DNA from: Desulfomonilia bacterium
Lineage (GTDB): Bacteria > Desulfobacterota > Desulfomonilia > UBA1062
Direction of reading: 5' to 3'
NCBI GenBank assembly: GCA_050014195.1
Contig: JBEKDT010000008.1
Location: 32,001 to 96,000 of the forward strand
Length of the DNA: 64,000 bases
A model generated the notes under the pieces. The model was not told the DNA's origin and searched no databases. It saw only the letters and a list, made by a program, of their open reading frames with translations. Position 1 is the stretch's first letter, and each line of letters begins with the position of its first letter. The position numbers and the translations under genes are program-made. Of the stretch, positions 8,417 through 18,236 are shown in pieces.

Positions 8417-8459
8417 ACTACGAATCCAAAGGTCGCAGGTTCGAATCCTGCTGGGCGCA
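8417..8459 (+). repeat. att core, right copy (tRNA-Arg 3' fragment without CCA)
   Basis: 43 bp identical to 1118-1160. Confidence 0.95.
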
Positions 8460-8797
8460 TAGTTAATTCAATAAGTTACATTCGATAAAACCTTTTTATG
8501 CTTGAATTTGTGATTATATTGTGATTGTTTGAAAATTTCTGTGATTATCACTGATCACAATAAGTGCATTTCATAATCCATTTGGTCGTACATTAATAGT
8601 TGCGTGGTTATGGTAGGGCCTCGCAACTCAGAATAACTGATGATCTTGTGAACAGATCTCCAGAATATTCACTTCGGTTCAAAGCAGACCTGATGGCACG
8701 AAATCAACACATAGGGCATCTTATTTCAAACACCACAGTTTGGCACAAAATCTACGCTCCTTTGATAGAGTAGGATCCACCGTATTTGATTCTGTTG

Positions 8798-9649
8798 TTA
8801 CCCACTCTTCCATTTTCTTTCACCCTTGAATGATCCATATTCGAAACAATAAATAGAATATCCGTCCCTGACACCCCTTAAAAATGTATTCAATGCCAGT
8901 TTGATCAGCAGCTGGCGCGCGGAGAGCCTTGCATACCGGGTGGTTTTGACAAGGATTGAGATCTTCTCTCGCATCCTGTATCCATGCGACAGGAATACAT
9001 TTTCCGGCGAATCGGATGTAATGCATAATGCCGCACCAAACCCCTTGAGCACCTCCTGAAATTTTAAATTGAATTGCCTGAAGCACCTGAGTGTCTGGAG
9101 ATCGCAGAACAGGAGGTGTTCCGGGAAGAGTTCTCTCAAAACCTTGATCAGTTTTGACATGGCCTCCTCGGTTAAATAGATGAATACCCCTTCGATGATA
9201 ATGACCGGCGGCTTGCCGGTACTGAATTGCGACAGGCGCTCAGACAGTGAATCCCCGGTCATATCATGCGGGATCCTGTGCAACGGGTTTGTGCATTCAG
9301 ATACCGGGAGGCATTCATTTTTGTATTCAATCAGCCCCGGATCATCGAGCTCTATCCAAATGCCGCCATTAAACCGGTAAGCCCGGGTATCAAATCCTGC
9401 TCCGATTATGATAACCAGAGATTCCGGATCTCTCTTTAATTCTTCCCTGATCAGGTCGTCAATGATGCGGTGTCTGGTTGCATTGCTTATCTTAGCGTCC
9501 TTGAAGGGTTTGAACCTCTCGAATATTTCATGGCCTTCATTTTTCATGAATACCTTTGCATAGGTATCGTTACACACCGGGTGTTTGCTCTGCGCATCCT
9601 CCATTCGTGCTCCGCAACAGAAATATGCAGTCTTCGACGCAGGTCTCAT
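8798..9649 (-). CDS. Class I SAM-dependent methyltransferase, leucine carboxyl methyltransferase-like
   Basis: KTAY..CGARMEDA...NDTYAK.F, RHRIIDD, VIIIGAGFDTRAYR, ELDDP, IIEGVFIYL. Confidence 0.9.
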   Translation of the reverse strand: MRPASKTAYFCCGARMEDAQSKHPVCNDTYAKVFMKNEGHEIFERFKPFKDAKISNATRHRIIDDLIREELKRDPESLVIIIGAGFDTRAYRFNGGIWIELDDPGLIEYKNECLPVSECTNPLHRIPHDMTGDSLSERLSQFSTGKPPVIIIEGVFIYLTEEAMSKLIKVLRELFPEHLLFCDLQTLRCFRQFNLKFQEVLKGFGAALCITSDSPENVFLSHGYRMREKISILVKTTRYARLSARQLLIKLALNTFLRGVRDGYSIYCFEYGSFKGERKWKSG

Positions 9650-9661
9650 AAAACCTCCTCA

Positions 9662-10177
9662 TCATTTCAATGAGAAACCGAACTCAATCTCACATTTACC
9701 GGTACTGTGCATAAGGCACCCGTTAAACTCCGGGATCATCTTGTAAGGCACTCCTATTCCATCGAGCCAGCCCTGGACCCTTGTGACGATCCCGCACTGA
9801 TAGATGTCTATCATTCCGAACTTCTTAACACCTTCATATGCAAAACATTCATGGAAACCGCCCCGGAACACGTTCTTTTCAGGGAAGTCGTAGTACAGCT
9901 TCATGAACTCTGGTTGTATGAGTTTATACGTCGAGTCGATTATTTCCTTCAGCTCTTCAAAGGTTTGAACAGGCCCACTGCCCCTGCCCATCAACTTCAT
10001 GATTCTTTGTATCTCTATGGCGGTCATTGACTTCACCGCCGCCTTGTTTATTCGGTTAGCCTGTTCGGCGCCCAATTCCTGCAGGCAATGGTAGAACCAC
10101 ATGGCATCGTGAGTCATCCAACCTTTTGAGAAGAATTCGCGGATCCCCTTTTTATCAAGCTGTTCCATCAGGTCCAT
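9662..10177 (-). CDS. DUF6125/V4R-like protein
   Basis: KGWMTHDAMWF motif and C-terminal conserved-looking Cys residues (HEC, YQC, GC..GKC). Confidence 0.65.
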   Translation of the reverse strand: MDLMEQLDKKGIREFFSKGWMTHDAMWFYHCLQELGAEQANRINKAAVKSMTAIEIQRIMKLMGRGSGPVQTFEELKEIIDSTYKLIQPEFMKLYYDFPEKNVFRGGFHECFAYEGVKKFGMIDIYQCGIVTRVQGWLDGIGVPYKMIPEFNGCLMHSTGKCEIEFGFSLK

Positions 10178-10592
10178 TGCATCTTCCTTTCATCTTTCAT
10201 TGTGGCCTCATTCGCATTTCATGCATACTGGCATGCAGAAATGTTCGACCCTGATTCATCACAGCCAGCCTCAGAAATTCATGAATAATAGTTCTGTAGT
10301 GCAATCCTAATTCACCTGTCGCCTTAATATAGGATTTTGAGACGAATCCTTTCGGTTGTATCAATATCAGGGAGAAGTGAGGGGTTACCCATTAGTAATA
10401 TAGATTTGACGTGGTCTCTTTAAAAAAAGTGGTCACTCAGAAAGTGCACATACCGTGAGGTTATCTAAGGTCAGCTTGCATTGAATATATCAACTTGAGA
10501 TCTCAGCAAGAGATTATGATGTCCAGAATACAGAGATCTATAAGTACATTTCACTCGGCGGGCGGGTGGCAGGGATAGAACGTAGACCTACT

Positions 10593-10848
10593 CGGGTGGC
10601 ACGGGCAAAGCCTGAAAGGCTTGCCCGTGGGACAGGAGAAATCATTACCAGCACACAATCTTCACTCATATTGTATGTTTTATCGATTATCTCATTCAGA
10701 ATCCTGTGAGAAAAGTACTATCAGGTCATTGGCTGGAAGTAGTCAAGTACATTATGATATGAGAAATGTGAGTGTTAAATCAGGATGGATCTTGCCTTGG
10801 TAATCACATCACACGGGCAAGGCCTTCGGCCTTGGCCCATGCCACCCG
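10593..10848. repeat. Inverted pair of ~37-bp REP-like palindromes (REPIN-like doublet)
   Basis: 10593-10629 CGGGTGGCACGGGCAAAGCCTGAAAGGCTTGCCCGTG; reverse complement of 10812-10848 CGGGTGGCATGGGCCAAGGCCGAAGGCCTTGCCCGTG. Confidence 0.8.
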
Positions 10849-10858
10849 GTGATTTCTT

Positions 10859-11056
10859 TTATCTTGGCCACCCGTCCACCATCAAATACTTCACACCACA
10901 TTCAGTGATGAGCCTCTTCACCAGGAATTCTCCACCAACCACGGCGATCACGATGTTGTTGGGTAACGGGTCAATGGATTTGTCCACGATCAACATATCT
11001 CCAGGATAAATCCGGGCATCGATCATGGATGTTCCCTGACCCTGAAGAAGAAGGCC
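10859..11056 (-). pseudogene. umuD: UmuD/LexA-family (peptidase S24) gene fragment
   Basis: Manual translation gives AFFFRV / frameshift / GTSMIDARIYPGDMLIVDKSIDPLPNNIVIAVVGGEFLVKRL; N- and C-termini are missing. Confidence 0.8.
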
Positions 11057-11350
11057 TCAGTTGGACTCTTCTAGCACCTGTGGGTAATGGATTTGATTAG
11101 TTCCATATGGTTTCATCCCTTGATCAGTTGGGAAGTTCAAAGACAAATATCGTGGATAACGCCAATGTCCTCCGTGCCCGTCAAGGGCAACAATCAGCCA
11201 GACAACTGTAACAACTGTAAGGGCTACGATGAGTGCAATAGCTACTCCTTGATCATTCCCATGATGATCATCTCCTTGATCGTAGGCATACACTGTTGAA
11301 AAACCGAGAAAAGACAATATCACCAGTAAGCATAGCATTTTCTTGATCAT
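11057..11350 (-). CDS. Small exported/membrane hypothetical protein
   Basis: AAGGAGG RBS, signal peptide (AYA), one further hydrophobic helix. Confidence 0.7.
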   Translation of the reverse strand: MIKKMLCLLVILSFLGFSTVYAYDQGDDHHGNDQGVAIALIVALTVVTVVWLIVALDGHGGHWRYPRYLSLNFPTDQGMKPYGTNQIHYPQVLEESN

Positions 11351-11404
11351 GATATCCTCCTTCTCTCTTTTGCTGAGCTTCAGACTGTCCTATTTCTCAA
11401 ATTT

Positions 11405-11420
11405 TGCATAACATATGCCA
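11405..11420 (-). promoter_or_regulatory. Putative sigma54 (-24/-12) promoter
   Basis: Minus strand TGGCATATGTTATGCA = GG-N10-GC, ~55 bp upstream of the start at 11350. Confidence 0.6.
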
Positions 11421-11608
11421 GATATATAGCTTGTAATATCAGATAGATGATAGATGTAGTTGTTGTATTTCAGCCACAGATGATCATGGACATGGAGCTG
11501 TCTGCAGGAGATGGATGTCCTGTGCTGATGTTAGAGGAGAAGAGTGGGTTATATTTAGCTGGCCCAAGTATGGAGATGAGATAGTAGTTACACCGATTTG
11601 ATATTTAT

Positions 11609-11809
11609 CTATTCCTCATTACCCCGGAAGTAAAATGTTGCCGGTTTTATTGCCAACAAGATGGCCGCGATAAAGAAGATCCATACATGCCGTTTCGTGA
11701 AGGCTGCCAGATAGGACCCGACAATCATACCGATCAGGATGCAACTCCATTTCAACAAACCGATATCAAGCACAGACCAAACCTTTGTCCTGAATAGTCT
11801 CATCTCCAT
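11609..11809 (-). CDS. Small two-TM membrane protein
   Basis: 66 aa, WSVLDIGLLKWSCILIGMIVG..; two hydrophobic segments. Confidence 0.7.
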   Translation of the reverse strand: MEMRLFRTKVWSVLDIGLLKWSCILIGMIVGSYLAAFTKRHVWIFFIAAILLAIKPATFYFRGNEE

Positions 11810-11977
11810 ATTCTCATAATAGGTGCTAGTAACTCCTTAATGCAACCCCCATTATAAAACCCTTTCGTGTATGGAGCATGAGTGTAACCCCCGTCTTTGC
11901 CATTCTGACAATTTTAATGGTGCCCTTTAGGCATTTTGTCATATTTTGTACCTGTTCTTGCCCTGGCAAGAGGCTTT

Positions 11978-12069
11978 TTGCCAAAATGGCAATATCAGGA
12001 AAAGCAGGTTGGTTATTGTTGCCTGTTATCAATGAGTTATAAATTGTCAAAACCTGGCACGCCGCTTGC
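11978..12069 (+). promoter_or_regulatory. sigma54 promoter with IHF site and candidate enhancer palindrome
   Basis: TGGCACGCCGCTTGC at 12055-12069 (consensus match); TATCAATGAGTTA at 12027-12039 (WATCAANNNNTTR); TTGCCA-AAA-TGGCAA at 11978-11992. Confidence 0.85.
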
Positions 12070-12117
12070 CTTATGTAAGATAGAAAGAAAAAAACAAACC
12101 CCAGGGAGGGAAAGACA

Positions 12118-12294
12118 ATGATGACATTATGGTTCGTACTCGGCGCACTGTTCACAACCGGAATAGGCATCAGGTTCACCTACAAGGTATTGGGACTCAC
12201 CCCGGCAGAAGCAACTGCAGTATTCGTCCTGGTCGTGACCCTGGTGGGCATCAACACCGGCCCGGCACGCGACATACTCATGAATCTGTTCTAG
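12118..12294 (+). CDS. 58-aa membrane protein (below ORF-track cutoff)
   Basis: GGGAGG RBS; MMTLWFVLGALFTTGIGIRFTYKVLGLTPAEATAVFVLVVTLVGINTGPARDILMNLF; first ORF after the sigma54 promoter. Confidence 0.75.
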   Translation: MMTLWFVLGALFTTGIGIRFTYKVLGLTPAEATAVFVLVVTLVGINTGPARDILMNLF

Positions 12295-12326
12295 GAAGGA
12301 TAGGGACTCCTGAAAGGAGAAAGGTC

Positions 12327-12569
12327 ATGAAACGCACGAAGAAAGACAAACTACCCCGCGAAGTTACCAACAGGCTGGCTCGGATCAGCGGCTACAGCCT
12401 GGTGCTCGTGACCATGACCTTCCTCGGGCTCTACGGCGGCATGGAACTCGACAAGGCTCTCGGCATGGCACCCAACTTCACGATGTTGGGCCTGGTGGTC
12501 GGCATCGCGCTGGGCTTCAAGGGGTTCATCCATGAAGTCGTGATCGAGAGAAAGGTAAAGAGGGCTTAG
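12327..12569 (+). CDS. AtpZ/AtpI-family (ATPase_gene1-like) small membrane protein
   Basis: AAGGAG RBS; GLYGGMELDKALGMAPNFTMLGLVVGIALGF fits G..G..LD......P.F...G...G...G. Confidence 0.75.
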   Translation: MKRTKKDKLPREVTNRLARISGYSLVLVTMTFLGLYGGMELDKALGMAPNFTMLGLVVGIALGFKGFIHEVVIERKVKRA

Positions 12570-12571
12570 TC

Positions 12572-12676
12572 ATGACAATCATCTTTGTCGCTATAGGCTT
12601 CACAGCATTCCTGGTCCTGACTGCAAGGTTCTTGAAACGCGCAGAGCACGCTCCCAGGATAGTGCATAACCGGTAA
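12572..12676 (+). CDS. 34-aa single-TM peptide
   Basis: Starts 2 nt after the upstream stop; MTIIFVAIGFTAFLVLTARFLKRAEHAPRIVHNR. Confidence 0.5.
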   Translation: MTIIFVAIGFTAFLVLTARFLKRAEHAPRIVHNR

Positions 12677-12866
12677 TCAACCAGGATACGCCTCCTCTAT
12701 GGCGTACTTCCTCCCCAGGGACGATCCATATCACACACTACGATCTCAAAAGGATCGTGGTTTTTTATTCAACTGATTCTCCCGCTAAAAGCAACGAGCC
12801 GCCTTGAAGGCGGCCCGCTTTCGTGATGTAGGTGCCGGATGGTTTCCCGGCTCTCTTGACTATCGA

Positions 12867-13130
12867 CTAGGACTGATACCTGACCCTTTGGTTGTTCAAC
12901 CCATCCCTTGCCTTTATGTAGTCCCTGTACATCCGGGCTATGCACAGAGCGATGCCCAGCACGAACAGTCCCAGCATGAAGGTTGGTTCTGTATTGAAGT
13001 TTACATCGATCCACCTGCCCGCGAACAGGAACAGGAACGAGGAGATGACCAGGGTGAAGCTCCATGCACTCAGCAGGATGATCTGATTCAGCGTCTTGGT
13101 CTGTAGCCTGTTCCTTCTTGTCTTTTTCAT
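12867..13130 (-). CDS. Second AtpZ/AtpI-family small membrane protein
   Basis: AGGAGGAG RBS; FAGRWIDVNFNTEPTFMLGLFVLGI fits the family pattern. Confidence 0.75.
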   Translation of the reverse strand: MKKTRRNRLQTKTLNQIILLSAWSFTLVISSFLFLFAGRWIDVNFNTEPTFMLGLFVLGIALCIARMYRDYIKARDGLNNQRVRYQS

Positions 13131-13882
13131 GGCCTCTCCTCCTTTCCGGCTATTCCCACCCCCGATCTCGATGGTGGGTCAGCAGGTCTTTATATAATCT
13201 CCTTCTCCTTAGCTCACCAAACCCTTCACTGCCTCGATGGCCGGTGCAGTGAACAAAGCAACAAGGACTGCATACAGGGCAAAAGAACCGAATTAAGCAG
13301 TATGTATGGATAAGGTGTACTGTTCATAAATTTCTCGGATAACTCATGGATGTTTCTTTCATGCATACTCTCCAACACTGCAAGCTGTTCGGGATCTGCT
13401 CCTCATCCCTCTGCAATATGAAGGATTCTTTTAGAAAATAAACAAGTAATGATAATAAATATACTATTATTAATACATTACACTATTATTAATTATTATC
13501 TTTCGATATTCCGAAAACGATTGTGGAAGTAATGGGGACAATTTCAGACACAAGGTTTTGAGCTTGTTACCATTACTGAGTGTTGGATTCGGAATTTTAG
13601 ATTTAATTGAAACCGTGAGCAGGAGAAGAGAAATGATGCCACGTGTAACGATAAGAGTCCACAATGAAAGATTAGGCCACAGATGTAAAAACTTCAGTAC
13701 GGCTCCATGCATTTTTGTTGAAGTCGAGTGCCGGAGAACCTTTGTCCCAGGACAAGCCGAAATAATCTCAAAACCAAAAACCAATAAGAACTTAAGAGAA
13801 AGGATGATGATGTGTCCAGATCCTATAGGTGAACGAGACCACCATCATTCATATCATAACAACATTTATCAAGGGGGGTAAG

Positions 13883-15916
13883 ATGTTTAAGAATCTGAAA
13901 CTTGGTACAAAGCTCATTTTGGTGGGATCGATCCTGCTATTGGTCCCGATATCAGTCGTGGGTTATCTCGCGGTGAAGCAGGCGAGCAAAGGTCTCTCCG
14001 AGATCGAGGACGAGCAGCTCACAGGTGTCACAAAATCCCTTGCACAGGCAGTCAACAATGCCCTGGAAGGTGAGATGATGGTCGTGAAGGATCTCTCGAT
14101 AAGCCCCGAGACAATACGTGCCGCCATCTCAACCAATGCAGGATCTCAGGGGGCACAGGGTGACATTGCTGCACTCAACCAGAGGCTTGGCCATTTCGCC
14201 CAGACCGACGGGCTGAAGGACAACTCTCAAGTCGTTTATGTTACAGGCCTCGAGGGTAAGGCAATTGCAGCTTCGGTTGAAAAGTACATCGGCGTCTCCT
14301 TTTCAGAAAGACAGTATATCAGGGATGCGCTTGCCGGTAATGTGAATGTCGGCAAAGCCGACGTCAACAAGGTTACCGGAGAGTTGTTTGTCCCCATTGC
14401 CACCCCTATCCATTCTCCGGATGGGAAGATTGTAGGAGCAATTGCAAATATCCTCTCCATCGGTGTGCTTGGTGATCTGATCTCCAACACAAAGGTCGGC
14501 AAGACAGGGTATGCCTGGATGATAGACAAGGAGGGCCGTTTCATCGCCCATCCTGATAAGGCGAACGTGTTGAAGCTTAATGTCTCAAGCCTGGATGGTA
14601 TGGAAGCAATTGCAAAAAAGATGTTATCAGGCCAGTCAGGTGTGGAACGCTATGTCTTCAAGGGGGTTGCGAAGACAGGAGGTTTTGCGCCGGTGGCTCT
14701 GACAGGGTGGAGTATCGGTCTCTCACTGCCTAATGGAGAGTTCCTTGCCCAGGCAAATCAGGTCCGCAACACAGTTCTTATGGTGGGTGTGATATTCTTT
14801 ATAACAGCGCTCGTGGTGTTTTACTTTTTTTCCCGGATCATCACCAATGGTATCCGTAAGGGCGTCGACCTGGCGGTCCATGTGGCGGAGGGGGATCTCA
14901 CCGCAAACATCGACATCCAGCAGAAGGACGAGATCGGCCAGCTGGCGGATGCCTTACGAAACATGATGACCAAGCTCAGGACTATCGTGGCGGATGTCCA
15001 CAGCGCAGCGGACAATGTGGCTGCGGGCAGCGAGCAGATGAGCTCCACGTCGGAGGAGATGTCCCAGGGCGCAAGTGAACAGGCTGCTGCTGCGGAAGAG
15101 GCATCCTCATCCATGGAGCAGATGGCATCCAACATACGCCAGAACGCGGACAATGCCCAGCAGACCGAGAAAATCGCTATTAAATCAGCTGAAGATGCCC
15201 GAGAAGGCGGTAAGGCTGTGGTGGAAACAGTAGCTGCAATGAAGACCATTGCAGAAAAGATAGCCATCATAGAGGAGATCGCCCGACAGACAGACCTTCT
15301 TGCCCTGAATGCCGCCATTGAAGCGGCCCGGGCCGGAGAACACGGCAAGGGCTTTGCCGTGGTTGCTGCTGCGGTGAGGAGGCTTGCAGAAAGATCGGCA
15401 GATGCAGCTGGTGAGATCAGCAAGCTCTCGGTGAGCAGTGTTGCGGTTGCCGAAAAAGCAGGGATGCTCCTTAACCAGATTGTGCCCGATATCCAGAAGA
15501 CCGCCCAACTCGTGCAGGAGATCACCGCAGCGAGTAACGAGCAGAATACCGGAGCGGAGCAGATCAACTCCGCCATCCAGCAGCTCAACCAGGTGGTCCA
15601 GCAGAACGCATCCGCAGCAGAGGAGATGTCTTCCACATCCGAGGAGCTCTCGAGTCAGGCCATGCAGCTCCAGGAGGCGATCTCCTTCTTCAAGATAAAT
15701 AAGGATGCCACGACCACAAAGAAGTCTCTATCCCTCAAAACAGCCAAGGTTGCTCATGTAATCTCGAAACCCCACGTTGTCAATATGCACCATGATGCAC
15801 CCAGGGTACTCAAAGGCAGAGACGAGAGTGCTTCCCGACATGCCGGCGTTCTCATCGACATGAGCGATCAGGAGACCAAGGAAGACGTCAAAGATGGGGA
15901 ATTCGAGCAATACTAA
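13883..15916 (+). CDS. Methyl-accepting chemotaxis protein (TM-Cache-TM-HAMP-MA)
   Basis: [30 protein letters not shown] tip; HAMP DEIGQLA; Cache motifs [10 protein letters not shown]; C-terminal pentapeptide EFEQY. Confidence 0.96.
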   Translation: MFKNLKLGTKLILVGSILLLVPISVVGYLAVKQASKGLSEIEDEQLTGVTKSLAQAVNNALEGEMMVVKDLSISPETIRAAISTNAGSQGAQGDIAALNQRLGHFAQTDGLKDNSQVVYVTGLEGKAIAASVEKYIGVSFSERQYIRDALAGNVNVGKADVNKVTGELFVPIATPIHSPDGKIVGAIANILSIGVLGDLISNTKVGKTGYAWMIDKEGRFIAHPDKANVLKLNVSSLDGMEAIAKKMLSGQSGVERYVFKGVAKTGGFAPVALTGWSIGLSLPNGEFLAQANQVRNTVLMVGVIFFITALVVFYFFSRIITNGIRKGVDLAVHVAEGDLTANIDIQQKDEIGQLADALRNMMTKLRTIVADVHSAADNVAAGSEQMSSTSEEMSQGASEQAAAAEEASSSMEQMASNIRQNADNAQQTEKIAIKSAEDAREGGKAVVETVAAMKTIAEKIAIIEEIARQTDLLALNAAIEAARAGEHGKGFAVVAAAVRRLAERSADAAGEISKLSVSSVAVAEKAGMLLNQIVPDIQKTAQLVQEITAASNEQNTGAEQINSAIQQLNQVVQQNASAAEEMSSTSEELSSQAMQLQEAISFFKINKDATTTKKSLSLKTAKVAHVISKPHVVNMHHDAPRVLKGRDESASRHAGVLIDMSDQETKEDVKDGEFEQY

Positions 15917-16066
15917 ATTCGGATCACGGCGTGATGCATGAAGGGAGGTCCGTAAGTAACATGTTGTACAAAGGCATGATCCAGTGCCTCACGTAGGAAT
16001 GAACAGGACCATGGATGAACGACACAATAATGGAGATGGACATATTAACGGAACAAGGAGAAGGCC

Positions 16067-16588
16067 ATGAGTGTGGAAGGAATAATGGATACCAGGCAGT
16101 ACCTTTCGTTCAAACTCGATGAAGAGGAGTTTGCGCTGGATATTTCCAAGGTAAGAGAGGTCCTTGATTTCACGAAGATCACCAAGGTGCCCCAGACCCC
16201 TGCTTTCATGAGGGGAGTGATCAACCTCAGAGGGGCAGTTGTCCCTGTAGTGGATCTCAATAAAAAGTTCGGAATAAAGGATACGGAAAAGACGGTAAAC
16301 ACCAGGATCATAATCGGAGAAGTGGATATTGAAGGAGAGAACATAGTACTCGGAGTGCTTGCGGACTCGGTGCATGAGGTCATGGAACTCGAGCCTGATC
16401 ACATCGAACCAGCGCCGAAGATCGGAACCCGCCTGAACACGGACTTTCTCAAGGGCATGGGGAAGCGGGACGAGGAATTTGTCATGATCCTGGACATCGA
16501 CAAAGTCTTTTCTGCAGACGATCTGGCGATTGTCAACCAAACAAGCCAGGCCTCTGTGAATGCAGGCGAGCTTGACTCCGTTTTGTAA
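16067..16588 (+). CDS. cheW: Chemotaxis coupling protein CheW
   Basis: QYLSFKL..EEFAL..VREV..ITKVP..P.FMRGVINLRGAVVPVVDL. Confidence 0.96.
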   Translation: MSVEGIMDTRQYLSFKLDEEEFALDISKVREVLDFTKITKVPQTPAFMRGVINLRGAVVPVVDLNKKFGIKDTEKTVNTRIIIGEVDIEGENIVLGVLADSVHEVMELEPDHIEPAPKIGTRLNTDFLKGMGKRDEEFVMILDIDKVFSADDLAIVNQTSQASVNAGELDSVL

Positions 16589-16741
16589 AAAGATCGCTTG
16601 AAATTCATTGGCGAGGTGGCGGTTGATATGGGATCACTGTTCCGGTCCGGTCTGTGAGGGGAGAAGCCCTATGAATTCGGGAAGTGAATGTCCGGCATCA
16701 AGGGACAGTAAAGGCTTTCCAATCATTGAGGAGATGAGCTG

Positions 16742-17605
16742 ATGGAGGACTCTCAGCAATACATCCCTATGAGGGCTGTGATGTCCAATGAGCTTTTCGC
16801 ACACCTTAGCGAGGTTATCTATAACGAGAGCGGCATCAAGATGCCGCTCTCGAAGAAGACCATGCTGGAAGCAAGGCTCATGAAAAGACTCAGATACATC
16901 GGACTTTCGACCCTCGGCGAATACTGCAATTATCTCTTCAGCCCCGAGGGAATGGCCAACGAGCTTGTGCACATGATCGATGTGGTCACCACCAATAAGA
17001 CCGAATTCTTCCGGGAACCCCAGCACTTCGAATACGTCGTGGAGCATGCCATCCCGAATCTCATCAAAGAGACGGGGGCAGGCATCAGAAGAGCCCTCAT
17101 GGTGTGGTCGGCGGCATGCTCTTCCGGTGAGGAGGCCTATACCCTCGCCATGGTCCTGGATGAGTTCTCGAAAAAGGCCCATGGGTTTCACTATATGGTC
17201 CTCGGAACTGATATCTCTACCAGGATGGTAGAGGCCGCGCGTCTCGGGATATACCAAGAAGAACTTGTCGTGCCGGTCCCCATCGACCTTCGCAGGAAGT
17301 ACCTCATGCGGAGCAAGGACCCGCACAGGAAAGAAGTGAGGATTGTTCCTGAACTGAGGGCAAAGGTGAGGTTCCGGCAGCTTAATTTCATGCATGAGGA
17401 CTTCGGCATGCGGGAGAAGATGGATATCATCTTCTGCAGGAACGTACTCATATACTTCGACAGGGCAACCCAGGAAAAGGTTGTGGGCCACCTCTGCAAG
17501 CATCTCGCGGACGGGGGTTACCTTTTCACCGGACACTCCGAGACATTGAGCGGCATGGTTCTCCCCTTGAAGACTGTTGCCAGCACCGTTTCGAGGAGGA
17601 TCTAG
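16742..17605 (+). CDS. cheR: Chemotaxis methyltransferase CheR
   Basis: TTNKTEFFRE, WSAACSSGEEAYTLAM, GTDIS, DIIFCRNVLIYFD, GHSE. Confidence 0.97.
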   Translation: MEDSQQYIPMRAVMSNELFAHLSEVIYNESGIKMPLSKKTMLEARLMKRLRYIGLSTLGEYCNYLFSPEGMANELVHMIDVVTTNKTEFFREPQHFEYVVEHAIPNLIKETGAGIRRALMVWSAACSSGEEAYTLAMVLDEFSKKAHGFHYMVLGTDISTRMVEAARLGIYQEELVVPVPIDLRRKYLMRSKDPHRKEVRIVPELRAKVRFRQLNFMHEDFGMREKMDIIFCRNVLIYFDRATQEKVVGHLCKHLADGGYLFTGHSETLSGMVLPLKTVASTVSRRI

Positions 17606-17807
17606 ATGAACAGGAAGATCATAGCGGTGAACAGCCTTTCAGAGATAACTCATGGCGCAGGTTCCTTCTCTCTGGCCCATAAAGGCATCCGCATGGCAGG
17701 CGAACTGCCGGGAGGTGTTGTGAGATCACTTTTTGCAATTGCCCTCACGGCGGAAGCATGCGGCAGAGTATCCCATGGCCCGTGTTTGTGGGCCACAGGA
17801 GGGAAAG

Positions 17808-18173
17808 ATGGGTAAGAAGATCTTGAGCGTAGACGACTCGGCGAGCATCCGGCAGCTGGTCACCTTCACGCTCCAGAATGAGGGTTACGATGTGGTGGAG
17901 GCCGTCGACGGCCAGGACGCGCTCGTCAAGGCAAAGTCCACGACGGTGGACATGGTGATCACGGACCTGAACATGCCCAATGTGGATGGGATACAGTTAA
18001 TCCAGGCCTTAAGATCGGACCCTGCCTTCAAGTTCACGCCCATCGTGATGCTCACCACCGAATCGGCCATGAACAAGAAGGACGCGGGCAAGCAGGCAGG
18101 GGCCACTGGCTGGATCGTGAAACCGTTCAAGCCGGAGCAGCTCATTGCCGTGGTGAAACGGCTGCTCGGGTGA
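17808..18173 (+). CDS. cheY: Chemotaxis response regulator CheY
   Basis: ILSVDDSASIR, TDLNMP, MLTTES, GATGWIVKPF; ATG at 17808 after GGAGG. Confidence 0.93.
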   Translation: MGKKILSVDDSASIRQLVTFTLQNEGYDVVEAVDGQDALVKAKSTTVDMVITDLNMPNVDGIQLIQALRSDPAFKFTPIVMLTTESAMNKKDAGKQAGATGWIVKPFKPEQLIAVVKRLLG

Positions 18174-18236
18174 AGGTTCGGAAGGAAAATCCGGTCTCAT
18201 GAAAAGATACATTCATTTTCATTAAGGAAGGCAGAT

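Larger units (their letters stand above)
1118..8459. mobile_element. Integrated ~7.3 kb phage-satellite/PICI-like element in tRNA-Arg
   Basis: Identical 43-bp direct repeats at 1118-1160 and 8417-8459; integrase next to the right repeat; alpA/xis, rep-like and terS-like genes; no capsid or tail genes. Confidence 0.92.

Noticed and set aside
8417-8459. Second tRNA-Arg gene
   Set aside because: Only the 3' 43 nt are present (no D arm, 5' acceptor strand or CCA); it is the att duplicate.
1118-8459. Full prophage or conjugative element
   Set aside because: No capsid, portal, tail, lysis, relaxase or T4SS genes within the att-bounded 7.3 kb.
12129-12326. N-terminal extension of the ORF-track call 12129..12569
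   Set aside because: It overlaps the better 58-aa ORF in another frame; the RBS supports a start at 12327.
13140-13880. Riboswitch (e.g. c-di-GMP) or ORFs upstream of the MCP
   Set aside because: No recognisable aptamer core by eye; ORFs 13470-13784 and 13558-13881 lack RBS and motifs. A cmscan would settle it.
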